DNA of 64,000 nt from Dimorphilus gyrociliatus (lineage: Eukaryota; Animalia; Annelida), in the NCBI GenBank assembly GCA_904063045.1, contig CAJFCJ010000010.1, positions 558,001 to 622,000 of the forward strand. The letters run 5' to 3'. Below the pieces are notes generated by a model, which was not told the DNA's origin, made no database searches, and saw nothing but the letters and a program-made list of their open reading frames with translations. Positions 27,743-41,241 of this stretch are shown in pieces (position 1 is the first letter of the stretch; every line of letters begins with the position of its first letter). The position numbers and the translations under genes are program-made.

Positions 27743-30700
27743 TTAATCGTTATTCACGCTATTAACTTCGCTTTTCTCTTCGTTTGTATTCTCCTCTTTG
27801 ATTTCTTCCATAACTTGATCTTTTTTCGAGGCTTTGTTAAACCTTACAAAATCGCTATCGAAACTTATAAGAGCGACAATTTTTTCAATGTTTTTTTCGT
27901 TCTCTTTTTCCTTCTCAACTTCAAGTTGATCAAGGGCATGTTGTAATCCTGAGCAATAGTGAAGCATCAGAATACTCATAGCTTGGATTTTATCCTCGCT
28001 TTTCTGTATTATATCACCATATTTGGATTTTTTAAATGCATCCGTACAAATCCGTTGTTGCTGCAGAAAGTCGGTTTTTCTCTCACTCTCCTCATCTAAC
28101 TCCTTTTGCAGTTTATTTATCTGTTAAAAAGTAACATTATAGGTGTTTATGTGAAATTGTTTTCTACATCAAACACATTATCACAAGACGGTAATAAGAG
28201 CTGAAGGAAACATGTTTGAAAGAGTGCAAATTGATATCCTAATAACTTTTTACTCTAAAACCCGCTTTGAGGTATAAAAATTGCGGTAAGAAATAGAGTT
28301 AAACAAATAATAATAAATCTCTTTACCATGACATCAAGTTTTTGGCGTCTTTCATCTGGTGGCAAATCAGCTAATAGTTCAGCACCCATTTCTTTTGCCT
28401 TTATTACCGCTGTTTCCTCAGAGTCTTGAAATCGTTTCCGAGAGGTAATCTAATTTAAAAACATATATCTTGTACATAGAGTATACATTTTTATAGTCAT
28501 GACATACATTTGATGTAGGCAGGTCGTCTGCAGCTCTTAGACTTTGTGGTTTCTCGTAACTGTCAGTTTCCTCTAAATCGTTAGTACCCATTGAAAGTGC
28601 CTCATCAGTTTCTTTCTCAGTTTCCGAATTTTGTCGTTTCCTTTCAGGCATATGTTCTGGAATTATTAATTGCGAGTCGTCACCAGTTGCTGATAAATTG
28701 TCGTCGTCGTGAGTGACAATGATTTGTGGTTTCTTTCCATCTCTCTTGAACTTACTCAATAACGATCGTTTAATTGTTTCAGATTTAGATGAGACAGCTG
28801 AACTAATAGCTTGTATATGTCGACGCTCGTTGACTGGAGTTGATGGGGCAGTGAGTGCAGCCTCTGAGTTAGATTGCTGATATTTACATCTGAAAGAATT
28901 GTATATCATGTTTCTATAGTTTAACAAAACAACTTAGCCACTTACTTCTCACAAGATTTACTCAATCTGGCTCTTTCTACACATTTTTTGTGACAGACAA
29001 GATGACAATTTGAACATTTCATTGCATCTTTTAACCAAATCTAAGACAAAACCATTTATAAAAACATTGTTGTAATTGTAAAAACAATGCAATAGATTAT
29101 TTTATATCTTTTATTCTTTACCTTTTTTTCACAAATGTTGCAAAAAGTTCTAGTCTGGAAATGCGTTTGAATAAAGTTGTGACATTCTTGATTGATGGAG
29201 CTTGATAAAAAAACACTATTTTAATGAATATGTTCATTATACAAGCTTTATATTTGTAGACATTTACGAATAAATCAATTGTAAACAATTAAATAAAAAG
29301 TACTTTAATTAAGCCTCTTCCTAGTAGTATAAAATAATACCTTATTGTTTTGGCAGGAATATGTGGCTGTGTCGGTTTTTTAACTTGCTCAGCTGACACC
29401 CTCCTTCTTTCTTTCTCGTCAAATTTAGCATTCTGTTAAATATATTGTATTATTTAAGTAATGATTAATATTATTTAAATAACCTCATAAACGAATCCAA
29501 GAGTTATATCTCCACCTGTTAAGCTCTCATCGTATCCAGGATGATTACTTAGCGTTTTTTGCCTAATAGAAATTAATTTAATTATTATTAAAATTTGTAA
29601 ATATATATTGTATTTATACATATATGTTTATATATACACTGTATATATACCTATTTCCGTATTTCGATTCAGCAGCAGTAAAGGGATAGCGCAATCTGGC
29701 GTTTCCACGACTTGTGTGCATGCACTCTATAGCAATTGACATCAAGGGAATAGAAGCCTGGTTTTGGAAAAAAGTTCATTTTAAAGGGGATAGAATTATT
29801 TTCTATTTCAAATTAAGTTGCTTACATAGCCAAGCAAAACGTCATTGTCACAATTTAAGGAACGTTGATGTTGTTTGTCATCTTTTGAAGAAAGTTTACA
29901 CCACAAACAAACATTGAGATATTTATGTTCATCCTCCACATTAAACGTCATCTCATCATCAAACTGAGGATTCTTTTTTGATAAGAAAAAATGTTGTTAT
30001 AGAAATGAAACATCATTTGTATGTTATTTTACCTCTTTGAAAGAAACAACTTTGGTTTTTTTTACATCACATATATTGATATCCTCCAATTCCATCTCGT
30101 CAACAGATAATGTAGATGATTCACCTTGCTATGAATATTTGTAAATAGAGTTAATGAATCCATTAATTTACTATTTTAAATTATATAATCTAGAGATTTT
30201 GTACAAATGATTTCATATTCTGTTCTAAAATCAGTAAATTAAGTTTTTTAATCCTTTGATAAATTAATTATTTAAAACTATAAAAATAATATAAAAGTTA
30301 ATATTAATATAAATTACTTTATTTTGAGTTCTATTTTCTTCAGCTTCCTCATTTTTGCTTCTCTCTTTTCGATTCTGTCAAATTGTACAATTTTAGAAAA
30401 ATTTTTTTATCATTAAATGTTGATAAGAATTAAAATATTCGACTGAACATCAGATTATTTGAAGAGAAATAATGACTCATCATCAAGCCAGGTATATTCT
30501 ATGTGCCTTGTAGGCCAAACTAGCATGCGTCAACGCCGAATATCATATATCAATAACGTTTACTGATTAGAGGCCAGCTTTAGTGATAAGCTATCATTGG
30601 TTTATATATATTTGACTAAGAAATTTGCAGGTTACAAAAATTATTTGAGATCTAAAGAGATCCAACATATTTTTTACTTTAAAAGAGACTAATAAATTAA

Positions 30701-33700
30701 CAAGATGTGTTGTAGCAACATTGGAAAATGTATTATGCTTATCATTACTATTCCTCTCATTCTGTCTCAATTGGCTGCTATAATTGCTCCATTTTGGACA
30801 GCAGAAGACAAAGATGGGATTAAAACTAATACTGGATTATTTGATTTTTGTTCTGACAAATGCCAAAAATTATATGGTGTTCCAGGTTTGTTGAATTTCT
30901 TTTCAACCCTATCACACTTCCGTTTTTAACCATTTACATTAATAACTAATGATATCCAATTATCAATTTTAAATTAACATAATTACAAACATTTCATTGA
31001 GTTTCTTGTTTAAGAAAGAATAAATAACAACTTAATTATATATTTATATTTGTATACTCTGTAGATAGCATAAGATTATCATAATGATTATGATAATTTA
31101 AGTTTTACTTTAAAACTATCTCTCTTTCAGATTGGTTAAAGGCAGTTCGAGGATTATTATTCATTGGTCTTGCTATATCTGCAGCTGCTTTTGTTCTTTT
31201 AACTCTACTACTGACTTGTTTAACGGCTTGCATTCCAGACATTGTACAGAAAGTACTTTTTACAATTGTATACATTTGCGGAGGTAAGATATGTCATTAT
31301 TTCCTACTTAAAGCATATCAAATTATGACAAATGATAATGATAGTATTGATGATTAATAATTAAATTTTTCAGCCATATCTATTATAGTGGCAGTTGCTA
31401 TATTTGCCGCAAGAAGAAATGATAATTTAACCAAGGACTTGAAAAGTCCATGGTTTCCTGGAAAGCTTCACGCCTGCTTCGGTCTGTCATGTATTAACTC
31501 AGCAGCATGTGTTGCCTGTTTAATTCTTACTTGTATATTCATCTAATTAGGCCTCATATTTTAAAAACATTATATACATAGAACAGAGTCACATATTTAT
31601 TATTATATGCATTATCATGAAAATAGATATGATATATGGGTAAATCAAATTTTTTACGTACTGTTATGTTTAATTCATCAGCAGGACTTTGTACTAATTT
31701 TTTCTCAGTCATTGAGATTCCGACAAAGGGTTCTGATTTATTTACTCCACTTATCAATGTCTCCTATTATTCAATGATAAAATATGAAAAAGAACTGATT
31801 AAAATAAGTCATTAATAAGAATGGTATCATGACATACTTCAATTTCTATATCTGCTTCTCTTAGAGAGTTCTTATTTCTTATGCACCTTTCAATACGGAA
31901 TTGCAGTTTTTCACCACAATTTCGAATTAAATTAGCAGCATGTCGAGAATCTTTGATCTTAACATTGTTTAATGATAGAAGAAGATCACCCTAAAATAAA
32001 TCGATTAAAAATATTTTGTATATTATTTTTGCTGGGATAATAAATATCTCAAGTGTGTACTTTCTTAATCCCATGACTTTCAGCCAAACTTTCTTGGTTT
32101 ATAACTTCAACTTTTACCATTACTTCATATTTGTGAACACAAAATTCCTATAATAGAAGCACGTAAGAAATTATAAATTACTCAAATAAAATGATATTAT
32201 TCCTTCGTTTAAACATTTTTATCGAATTAAACTTGCCTCTTTAAAAATCATACCCAATTCTTCATTATTGGTTTTGTTTATTTCAATATTATGCTGAATC
32301 CAATATTGCTTCCTAGTTTGTATCTGATCCAACCATCTTTCGCTATCTTTACAGTTTGTAAAAATTATTTCGATGACTGATACGCTTGCATTCAATAATC
32401 ACAAAGTACTTACCAACTGCTAATGTACAATACAATTTGGATCCATTTCCCATTTGTGAAATTCGACTACATTCTAAGACTTTAACTTTAAGCGACCCCA
32501 CAGTGACCTTGATACTATTAACTATTAAGTCAGTTGGCTCAGGAACCTTCGTATTAGTTGGAATAAAAGGACTTTGCCTTATTTTGAAGCTTGGCAATGT
32601 ATGCTTTTTTCTAAGAACCCTTTTAATCTGCAAATAGGTGATATTATAATGATGGAAAATATACATTGGTTTACAGGTATTGCTGACAATACAAAAAAGT
32701 ATGTGCACATACTTCATCTTATTATTGAAACTGTGCGATTAGATAATAAATCATACAGAATGCTTAGGCTTAAGCCTAACTACAAAGTCACGAAATAAGA
32801 TAGGTAAAATGAATAATTCGCTACTTAACAAGATTTTATTAAATGATAAATGAAAATAATTTGAACAGACCTGGTTTTCTATTATTGACGCAACACTCAT
32901 AACCGGTTTGGCTTCCCAAAGAGGTTCAACTTTCAAATCTAGTTGCGGATCCTGGTTAAAGTACAATAAAAATATAGAAATACAAAATCAAACACAGATT
33001 CTTAACATTAGAATAAATGTTTTTTTTTAGCATTTTTACGTAATCTGAATTATTTCAGAAATAGAATTCTCTTTGTTTATTCATCTTTTTATTGTTACAA
33101 TAGAATTGTTTTTGAAGAGGTCGGTTTAAATAGAAATACTTACATCACAGAAAGAAAAGGACCAATGGGTATACGGTTGCCTGCTCAATTGTAATCTTGC
33201 CGTACCAGATAGTTTTAAAATCATCACAGATAAATGAACACAATGACCAAATTTCAAGTCTACGTCTAAGGACAGGGCAAAGCCGCCATCATAATCAACA
33301 TCGACAATAATAGTAACTTCCTCTAATAGCTTCGATTGCTCGTGTAATTTACAGTTTTGAAGTTTAGCGGACTTGACAATTGGTAGCAACTTTCCAACAC
33401 TATATTCCCTAACCTAAAAAATGTTGAAGTAATTAAAGTAGGGTATGAAAAGAACACGATCAGCTTATTAAGTTACTCTTTTGTACTATAAATAATTTAA
33501 CAAATCTGTTAAAGACAAAACAATTATTTTATCACTGCTCAGATGTGTAAATAAATTTAGGCCTAAACACCTTAGCCTGCGATTAGGAATGATCTTATTT
33601 ACGAATTTAAAGAAAGTAAACATTAGAAAACTAACTGCTATATTTTCAATTAGAACAGCACTTTTTCTTTTCAACATATCAGCAAATTCATTATTCAATC

Positions 33701-34269
33701 TTCTTGTAAGCCAGCTGAAATACAGAAAAACAACTTATTGAATTGTAAAAGTTTACCTAAAGGTTATTCTTAAGTATACAGATTCAATAAGAACTATTGC
33801 GTAATCAATGATAAAATTGAATCAATTTTGAAAATTATTTTGCTATTGATTTTGGTAGCCTAAATAAATATTCCTCTTGGAGTAGGCCATCAAAGATGGT
33901 TTTAAACAATGCCTTTAAAAAATGTAATCAATAGACCACGTGGCGTTAATGAAAATACTATGAAATAATGTTAAAAAAGAAAATCTTTAACAATCACCGT
34001 CTTAACTCTGATGTGTCTCTCCATTCTCTGAACAAGAATTGTGCAATAAGATTTAAACAAATGCAAGTGTTGTCATATTTTTTACGATTTTCGTCCAGCA
34101 GTAATAAATTCATAATATCCGATGGTAAACTGAAACCATCGTGTAGACAGAATTCTGTAGGTTTCTTCCTAGGTTGGGCTTTAAACCATTTTCCAAAAAT
34201 CCAAATTTGCAGGCAAAGTGTCAATAATATTCCGATTGCAAGTCCGAGGATTATAGAAAGAAATTCCAT
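27743..34269 (-). CDS. PDZD8: PDZ domain-containing protein 8 (TM-SMP-PDZ-C2-C1-coiled coil; ER membrane contact tether)
   Basis: Many short exons: N-terminal TM; FLFREWRDT; SMP (YDGGFALSLDVDLKFG..QPYTHWSFSF; RKKHTLPSFKIR); PDZ (ELGMIF..GDLLLSLNNVKI); C2-like (KYLNVCLW); C1 (HNFIQTHFQTRTFCNICEKKIWLKDAMKCSNCHLVCHKKC); C-terminal coil (IQAMSILMLHYCSGL). Confidence 0.93.
30705..31546 (+). CDS. PMP22/EMP/claudin-superfamily tetraspan membrane protein, nested antisense in a PDZD8 intron
   Basis: Exons 30705-30885, about 31131-31283 and about 31374-31546 join in frame (G|AT, G|CC). Four hydrophobic segments. Loop motif W..TGLFDFCSDKC followed by DWLKAVRG. Confidence 0.85.
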
Positions 34270-35101
34270 TTCATCAATAATTCGACCTTGTTCTTGATTA
34301 TCTCATCAAGACACGAAGAGTTTTTTTAAAAATGTTTAAAATCGTATTTAATAAACAAAGAATAGACGTTCAATCCATCTTTTAGGTGGATGATTCCCTA
34401 TTTTTGAAGTTGGTGTTTATTCTTCAATTGATACTGTGGCGTGACGATTCATTAATAGCATAGCGCGATCTCCGAAAAATGTAAAGCCTACAAAGCAGAT
34501 GTTACTGTACCTACACTGTTACGAATATATAGCTTATTGATTAAAATAGAAGAATTTTATAAGAGGAAAACTCTTTAAAAAAAAGTGATCGTTGAGTAAA
34601 ATTATAGTTATATAAATAATTGACGATATGAGATATAAGCCAATCCGTTCGTTGCTTTTCTTTCGTGCGTAAATGCGTTGATCGATTTGTTATATAAAAT
34701 GGGCCTTTGAATAAAACAAAACAAGATATTGACTTTTTCCTATTTTGCATATATTATAAACAAACCGTAGCTTTTATTCTAACCCTAAAACAATATTTGT
34801 TATCCCAAGAAAACGTTAACTACAAAGAAAATAATTGAAATGTCAAAATTTTTTATCACAGTAATGTCGTTGGAAGAAGAGAATTGAAATAAGTAAAACA
34901 AGAGACTGACATTATTACATTTAGAACAATTGATCTAAGCCAGAAAAGAATATTTTTGAAGAGAAATGAAAAGTCAATGGGAAAAAAATACAAAAAATAT
35001 AGATATGAAACAAAATAAAGAGAAAGAAAGTTTTTGACTAATAAATATTTTATTTCGCTGTGAAGAAGTAAAATACAGGCGTGTTTGGTTTCATTTTTTT
35101 G

Positions 35102-36618
35102 TTAAACGTGACCATTTGATAAGGTTCCATAGCCATTTTTTATTTTCATACCAACAACACGAACGTGGTAACCAATTTCCAAAAGTTTGTCAGAATTTAG
35201 AATACTTCTTCCATCGAAAATAAATGCAGGTTTTAGCATTGAATCATATATTTTAGCATAATCGTAGTCCTATTGATTAAATGAGTATAATGAATATATT
35301 TATCTTGTAATATTAGTTATAATTGTCAGGTAATTAAAACAACTACTTACGATAAATTCATCCCATTCCGTACAAATAACTATTGCATGAGAATCTATCG
35401 CGGCTTTGTATGGATCTTCGTGTATTTCTACTAATCTGTCAACTTCATCAGGATCAGAGCATATACTCGGATGAGAAAGATCCGCTCTTATCTGGGATTT
35501 TTCTACTTTTGGATCATAAATGCTTATTTTGGCTCCCTCGTCCATTAAGTAACGACAAACTTGTATTGCTGGAGACTCTCTTGTATCTCCTGTATCTTTC
35601 TTGAAAGCAAATCCGTATATAGTGATATTTTTTCCGGTAACAGTATTAAACAACGCTTGTATTATTTGATTGGCAAATCGTTTCTTCTGGAATTCATTCA
35701 AGTCGATAACTTGTTGCCAATATGTAGCAACTTCTGGCAGACCCAAGCATTCGCAAAGGTAAACTAGATTCAAGACGTCTTTTTGAAAACAGCTTCCGCC
35801 AAAACCAACGGAGGCTTTCAAGAATTTTGGTCCTATTCTTGTATCTGTTCCAACGGCATGAGCGACTTCGTTGACGTTGGCTCCAGTGGATTCACATATC
35901 GCTGATATGGCATTTATTGAAGAAATTCTCTGTGCGAGAAATGCATTAGCAGCTAATTTTGATAATTCCGAGCTCCAAACGTTCATTTTTATAATTCTCT
36001 CCTCAGGAATCCAATGCTTATAAATTGAGCAAAGAGCTTCAACTGCTTTCCTACCTTCGTCAGTCTCTTCTCCACCAACCAATACTCTATCTGGACGCAT
36101 AAGATCTTTAACGGCAGTTCCTTCAGCCAAAAATTCAGGATTAGATAAAACCTGATATTTAACATCCTGTTTATGATTAGCCTTCAAAATCCTAATGATA
36201 CTTTCAGCAGCCTTTACGGGAACAGTTGATTTTTCAACAACTATTTTATCAGTGACAGCAACATTAGCAATTCGACGAGCAGCAGCCTCAATATATTTTA
36301 AATCAGCTGCTCTACCCTATAGAAAAAAAAATAAAATACTAAACGTAAGATGGCGCACTATTATTGGGAAATTAAAAAATGTATTACTTTTCCAATACCA
36401 AAATGTTTAGTTGGTGTATTAACTGAGATAAAGATAAGATCAGCATCTAAAATTCCTTGATCAATATTTGTTGTAAAGAAGAGATTTTTTCCGCGTACTT
36501 TGCCAACAACATCGTCCAGACTGGGCTGTACAGATTTATAATAAAAATTACGTATAATACATTGAAGGAGGCTAAATTATAGATTTCTTTAGAATATATA
36601 TGTATTTTAGACATGACA

Positions 36619-36654
<36 letters not shown>

Positions 36655-37206
36655 GCAAATTCGTTGTTCTTTTTTTATCATTTTATAACACAGATACGGC
36701 CAACATGTTCAATACAATAGTAATAATTAGAAAAAAAAAGAGCTAGGGGTTGTGGGAGAAACAGTGACAGATTCTATCTATACTATAAAAAAATGTGCTT
36801 TTGTTTAAACAATAAATTTTAACAGTACTCTCTGTTTTCAAGTGATATTTGAATATTGAATATTAAACTATACTTTTACATATTGTTATTAAATATTTCG
36901 CTACGCCAGCCATAGAATTGACAAAAGACAGAAATTATTTTTTGGGCGGTTAAAGTTAAGAGAAGTATTAGTCATCTCTTTTTTGCCAAAGATAATATTT
37001 GATTGTTTCTTCAAATTTCTATTTAAAATATTTACCTCAAAAATGGGTAGATTATCAGAATTCCACTGATCAATTCTTGTTTGACTTAAATCGACTACCG
37101 TCACTTGAATTTCAGGGCAGTTTGCAGCAATAACAGCACATGTTGGTCCTCCAACATAGCCTGCACCAATACAGCAAACTTTCTTAACTTTGTTTAGATA
37201 AGCCAT
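35102..37206 (-). CDS. UGDH: UDP-glucose 6-dehydrogenase
   Basis: Four exons. [64 protein letters not shown]. Confidence 0.97.
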
Positions 37207-37571
37207 TCATGCAATACTATCTTATCTACAAGGTAGGAAATTTACGTTTAATATCATTTTTTTGAAGAGAACATTGATGAATCAACATTTTTTCAACAAT
37301 TTTTAAGAGAATTTTAAATAATGAATAAAGTATATTTACCAGTTGTGTTATAAGAAAATATTTATGAAATATTATTATTTTCTATTTTTTTCAAGCAGTA
37401 GAAAAAAGCGGTAGACTGATAAGAAAATATTTTACTGATAAATTAAACAGTTGAAGCTGATTATCTTCGCCACGTTTCCCCGTCTGCCATTGGATGAGTC
37501 CAAGAATCTTGACGGGTGTGTCAACTGTCGGAAATCACCGATAGATGTCAGTATATATCTTAAAAACAAGT
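37207..37571. promoter_or_regulatory. Compact bidirectional promoter region UGDH/EIF2B5
   Basis: Divergent start codons 365 bp apart, with a GC-richer core at about 37460-37550. Confidence 0.7.
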
Positions 37572-40500
37572 ATGGCGGCTAAACGAAAAAAGAATACCGG
37601 TACTGATTTAAAACAGGAGGAAATTCTACAAGCGGTCGTTATTGCAGACAGCTTTAATGTCAGATTTGCACCCATTACAACCGATTTACCTCGGGTGCGT
37701 AAGATTTATTTTTAAACTCTCATTTTTAAGAGAGAAAAAACTAATGATTGATTTCCTTAAATTTCGTCAGACTCTAATTCCAGTAGTAAATCGACCATTA
37801 ATCGACTATACTTTGGAGTTTCTTTGTTTAAATGGAGCTCAAGAAATAATCATCTTCTGTAGATCCCATGTGGACCAAATTCAAAGACATGTCGAGTGTG
37901 TATTAAAAACTTTTACAAAAGTACTTTAATTAACCACGTGTTCAAATTATCAACATATTTTTAATTAATATTGTCACATGGCAAACTCTCTTTGTCAATT
38001 TATCTAATTTAAATTTATGCCAAGTAAAGTCTCTTTCAATTTTATTCACAACTTTAAATGACAATCAAACAAAATAAGTAGAAATGTGTCTTATTTCTTT
38101 TAAACCTTCTAAAAGAAATCTAACAGTTTTAGTTGACTTTTTATAAATATTCTTCTTTTTTACGTGACTTATTTTAGATCGAAATGGATTAGAAAATCTA
38201 ATCCATGCACAATAAAGATATTCTCATCTCAAGAATGCGTGTCTTTGGGAGATGCACTGAGGGATTTGGATAAGAAGAATATAATACAAAATGATTTTAT
38301 TTTAGTCAACGGAGATTTAATCTCCAATATGACATTGTCTCCAATTCTCCAAGAACACAAGTAAATATTTTATTAATATATCTATAGATGTAATTGAAAA
38401 AAGAACCATAATTAATTAAATTATTTTATTTTACATTTTTACAATGTCAACCAATGGCAAAATTTGTGGTCTTTCCCTTTTCGCTAGGATAATTAAATCT
38501 GTCATAAGGTTGCTCTGCAAAAAGTCAATTATATAAATTTTCTTGCGGGATTAATTAAGTTCCTGAATATATAACATATCTATATTTATATATATATAAT
38601 CTTTATACGCTGATGCTGAATACTTTTTTAAAGGGAAAGAAGAAGAAAGGAAAAATGTATGGTAATGACAATGATTATGAAAAAGACAAACTCTCCTCCC
38701 AAGATGAAATTTAAAGATGATGATATTCTCTTGGCTGTAAATAATGATACAAAGACTGTCTTATATTACAAGAAACTTCAAGAAAATAGAGTAATAGGAT
38801 TTCCACTGGTAAGTTAAATTACTAATACATATATTTCATAAGCATTTTAACATAGTAGATATTAATATACACAGTAGACTCTTTGCTCGCTACTCTTAAG
38901 AATAATAGGTAAAGCTACTACTATAGACTAGATGCCTGGTGGAGGTGCAATCAAATTATAACTTTTTCCTTTATAATAAACCAAGTAATGCTTAAGGCGC
39001 TACATCCCATTTTCGAGATGGGTTGCTGTCAATATACCATATAAACAGAGTAGACATATAACATTCATAAAAAATGATATAAATTTACAATTTCTTAGAT
39101 ATCACTTCAAAGTTTAGTAATATATACATTATGCTTTGCAGAGTATTTTCAAAAGTAATCCTAACGTTTCCATACGAAATGATTTGATGAGCACTGGAAT
39201 AAGTATATGCTCGGCTAAGGTACTATCCCTATTTGGAGATAATTTTGATTATGAATGCAGGGACGATTTTATCAAAGGAATACTAATTGATGAAGAGGTT
39301 TGACCTTAGCAGAATAAACATTTTCCTATTAGCTAACGTTGTATTTCTTTATCCAATAAAGATATCCGGTAATACTATAACAGTACATATTGAAGAGAAG
39401 GAGTACGCTGCAAGAGTATCGAATCTGAGAACTTACGAATCGATTACGTTAGTTAATACCAAGTTTATATTTGGTAAATTGCTATGATTTGATTTTTTTC
39501 AGTAAAGAAGTAATCGATAGATGGGCTTTTCCGATAGTCCCAGATGTAAGTTTTGATATAAATGATCCGAAATATTCATATCGCCGACACAATATATATC
39601 TGGACGATGATGTTAAACTTCACAGGTAAAATTTGTATAGATTTATTATCCCATAGAAACTTACCAAATTAGTTAATCTATAAATATATTTCTTTTTTAT
39701 TACATCAGCAATTGTAAACTAATAAGAACCGTTGCCATTGGAAATAATTCTCAAATATCGGAGAACGCTCAAATATCTAATTCAGTTATTGGTAGAAATT
39801 GCAAAATAGGTAATTCATATTTTTATTTATATTTATTCAATATAAATTATTAATTTTAATAATTGAATAACAGGCAAAAATGCTTTAATACAAAATGCAT
39901 TTATATGGGATAATGTAACAATAGAAGATGATTGCTGTTTAAAAACCTGCATATTAGCTAACCATGTTACGGTTTTTAGGGGTGTAACTATAGAAGAGGG
40001 ATGCGTTCTTTCCACAAATGTAAGATGTTTCTTCTATACCAGTCTATAATTATATTGTAGAATGTGGTCTTCGAAAATGTCAAATGTTAATTCAAAACCT
40101 ATATAATTAGGTCACTGTGGGACCGGAAGTACCTATTCCAGGAGGAACTTTATTGTGCAAAAGCGAGATCAAAATTAACTCTGCAAATGAATTTGGGTTA
40201 CAATCGAATGCAAAAGTCTATAAAGCTTTCGCAGAGGACGGAGAAGATGTGCCCGATATTCCGTGGTGTGAACCTGAGCAACCCGATGATATTTCTTCTG
40301 ATGAGGAGAGCGTCATATCTGAAATATCAGCAGTCGAACAAGATGATAGAATAGGTATCATTATAGCTTTTTTTACATGAAAATCTTAGGAAAAATATCA
40401 AGTTGCATTTGTATCCTTCAAAAAGGAAAAAAAATAATTACTTCGCTTACAATTAGGCTAACCGGATGTGCAATATCCCGAGAATGTAAACAAATCTCTC

Positions 40501-41241
40501 CTTTTTTTTTTTACAGCTTTCTATGATGAATTGTCAGGTCTTTTGGAAAGCTTAAATGAAAACGTCTCCGTTGATAATGTTAAATTAGAAATCAATTCTA
40601 TAAAGTTAGTATCTTTTCCTTTCAATTAATTTCATTAGATTTAAATGTATTCATTTTCCTTTTAGAGCTGCTTACTATATGGAAATAGACGATGTAATTT
40701 TTCAACTTGTTAAAGCTATCTTACTGTTTCCTTTACGGAACAATGAGCAGCTCTCCATAGAGCAGTACAAGGCCAGCTTTAAAGAAGTAATTGCATTTTG
40801 TCATTCCTTCAACTTTTTCTTATTTAAATAAATATTTTATTCCCCCTAATAGCTTTTTGGGAAAACAGAAGAACTCCTAGTCTTCTACATAAAAGACTCT
40901 TCAAACGAAAAATCATGCATAAATTCAATAGAAGTAGCTTTTAATAATTATGTCTTAAACGTTTTACTAATTCATTTATTATATTTATAGGAAACAGCTG
41001 CTAATAATACTTTAGTTTCAACATACCTTATAAAAGTAATTGAGTCATTCTACGACAGTGATGTATTAGCCGAAGATACTATATTATCGTGGTATTCCAA
41101 TTGTGAGAATACTGATCTAAAAAATAGGGTAAATAAATATTGTTTCTTTAATTAAGAATTTAGACTATAAAATATAAAAAACAGGTTAAAAAGCTTATAG
41201 AATGGCTTGAAGAAGCTGAAGAAGAAAGCGATGAAGATTAA
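37572..41241 (+). CDS. EIF2B5: Translation initiation factor eIF-2B epsilon subunit
   Basis: LQAVVIADSFNVRFAPIT, SLGDALRDLD, DFILVNGDLISN, YAARVSNLRTYE, hexapeptide LbH exons (IGNNSQI..NSVIGRNCKIG), W2 domain ending KLIEWLEEAEEESDED*. About 15 short introns. Confidence 0.95.

Noticed and set aside
40408-40417. GTATCCTT U12-type donor-like sequence in an EIF2B5 intron
   Set aside because: Canonical GT-AG sites at about 40356/40514 already keep the frame, so a chance match is likely.
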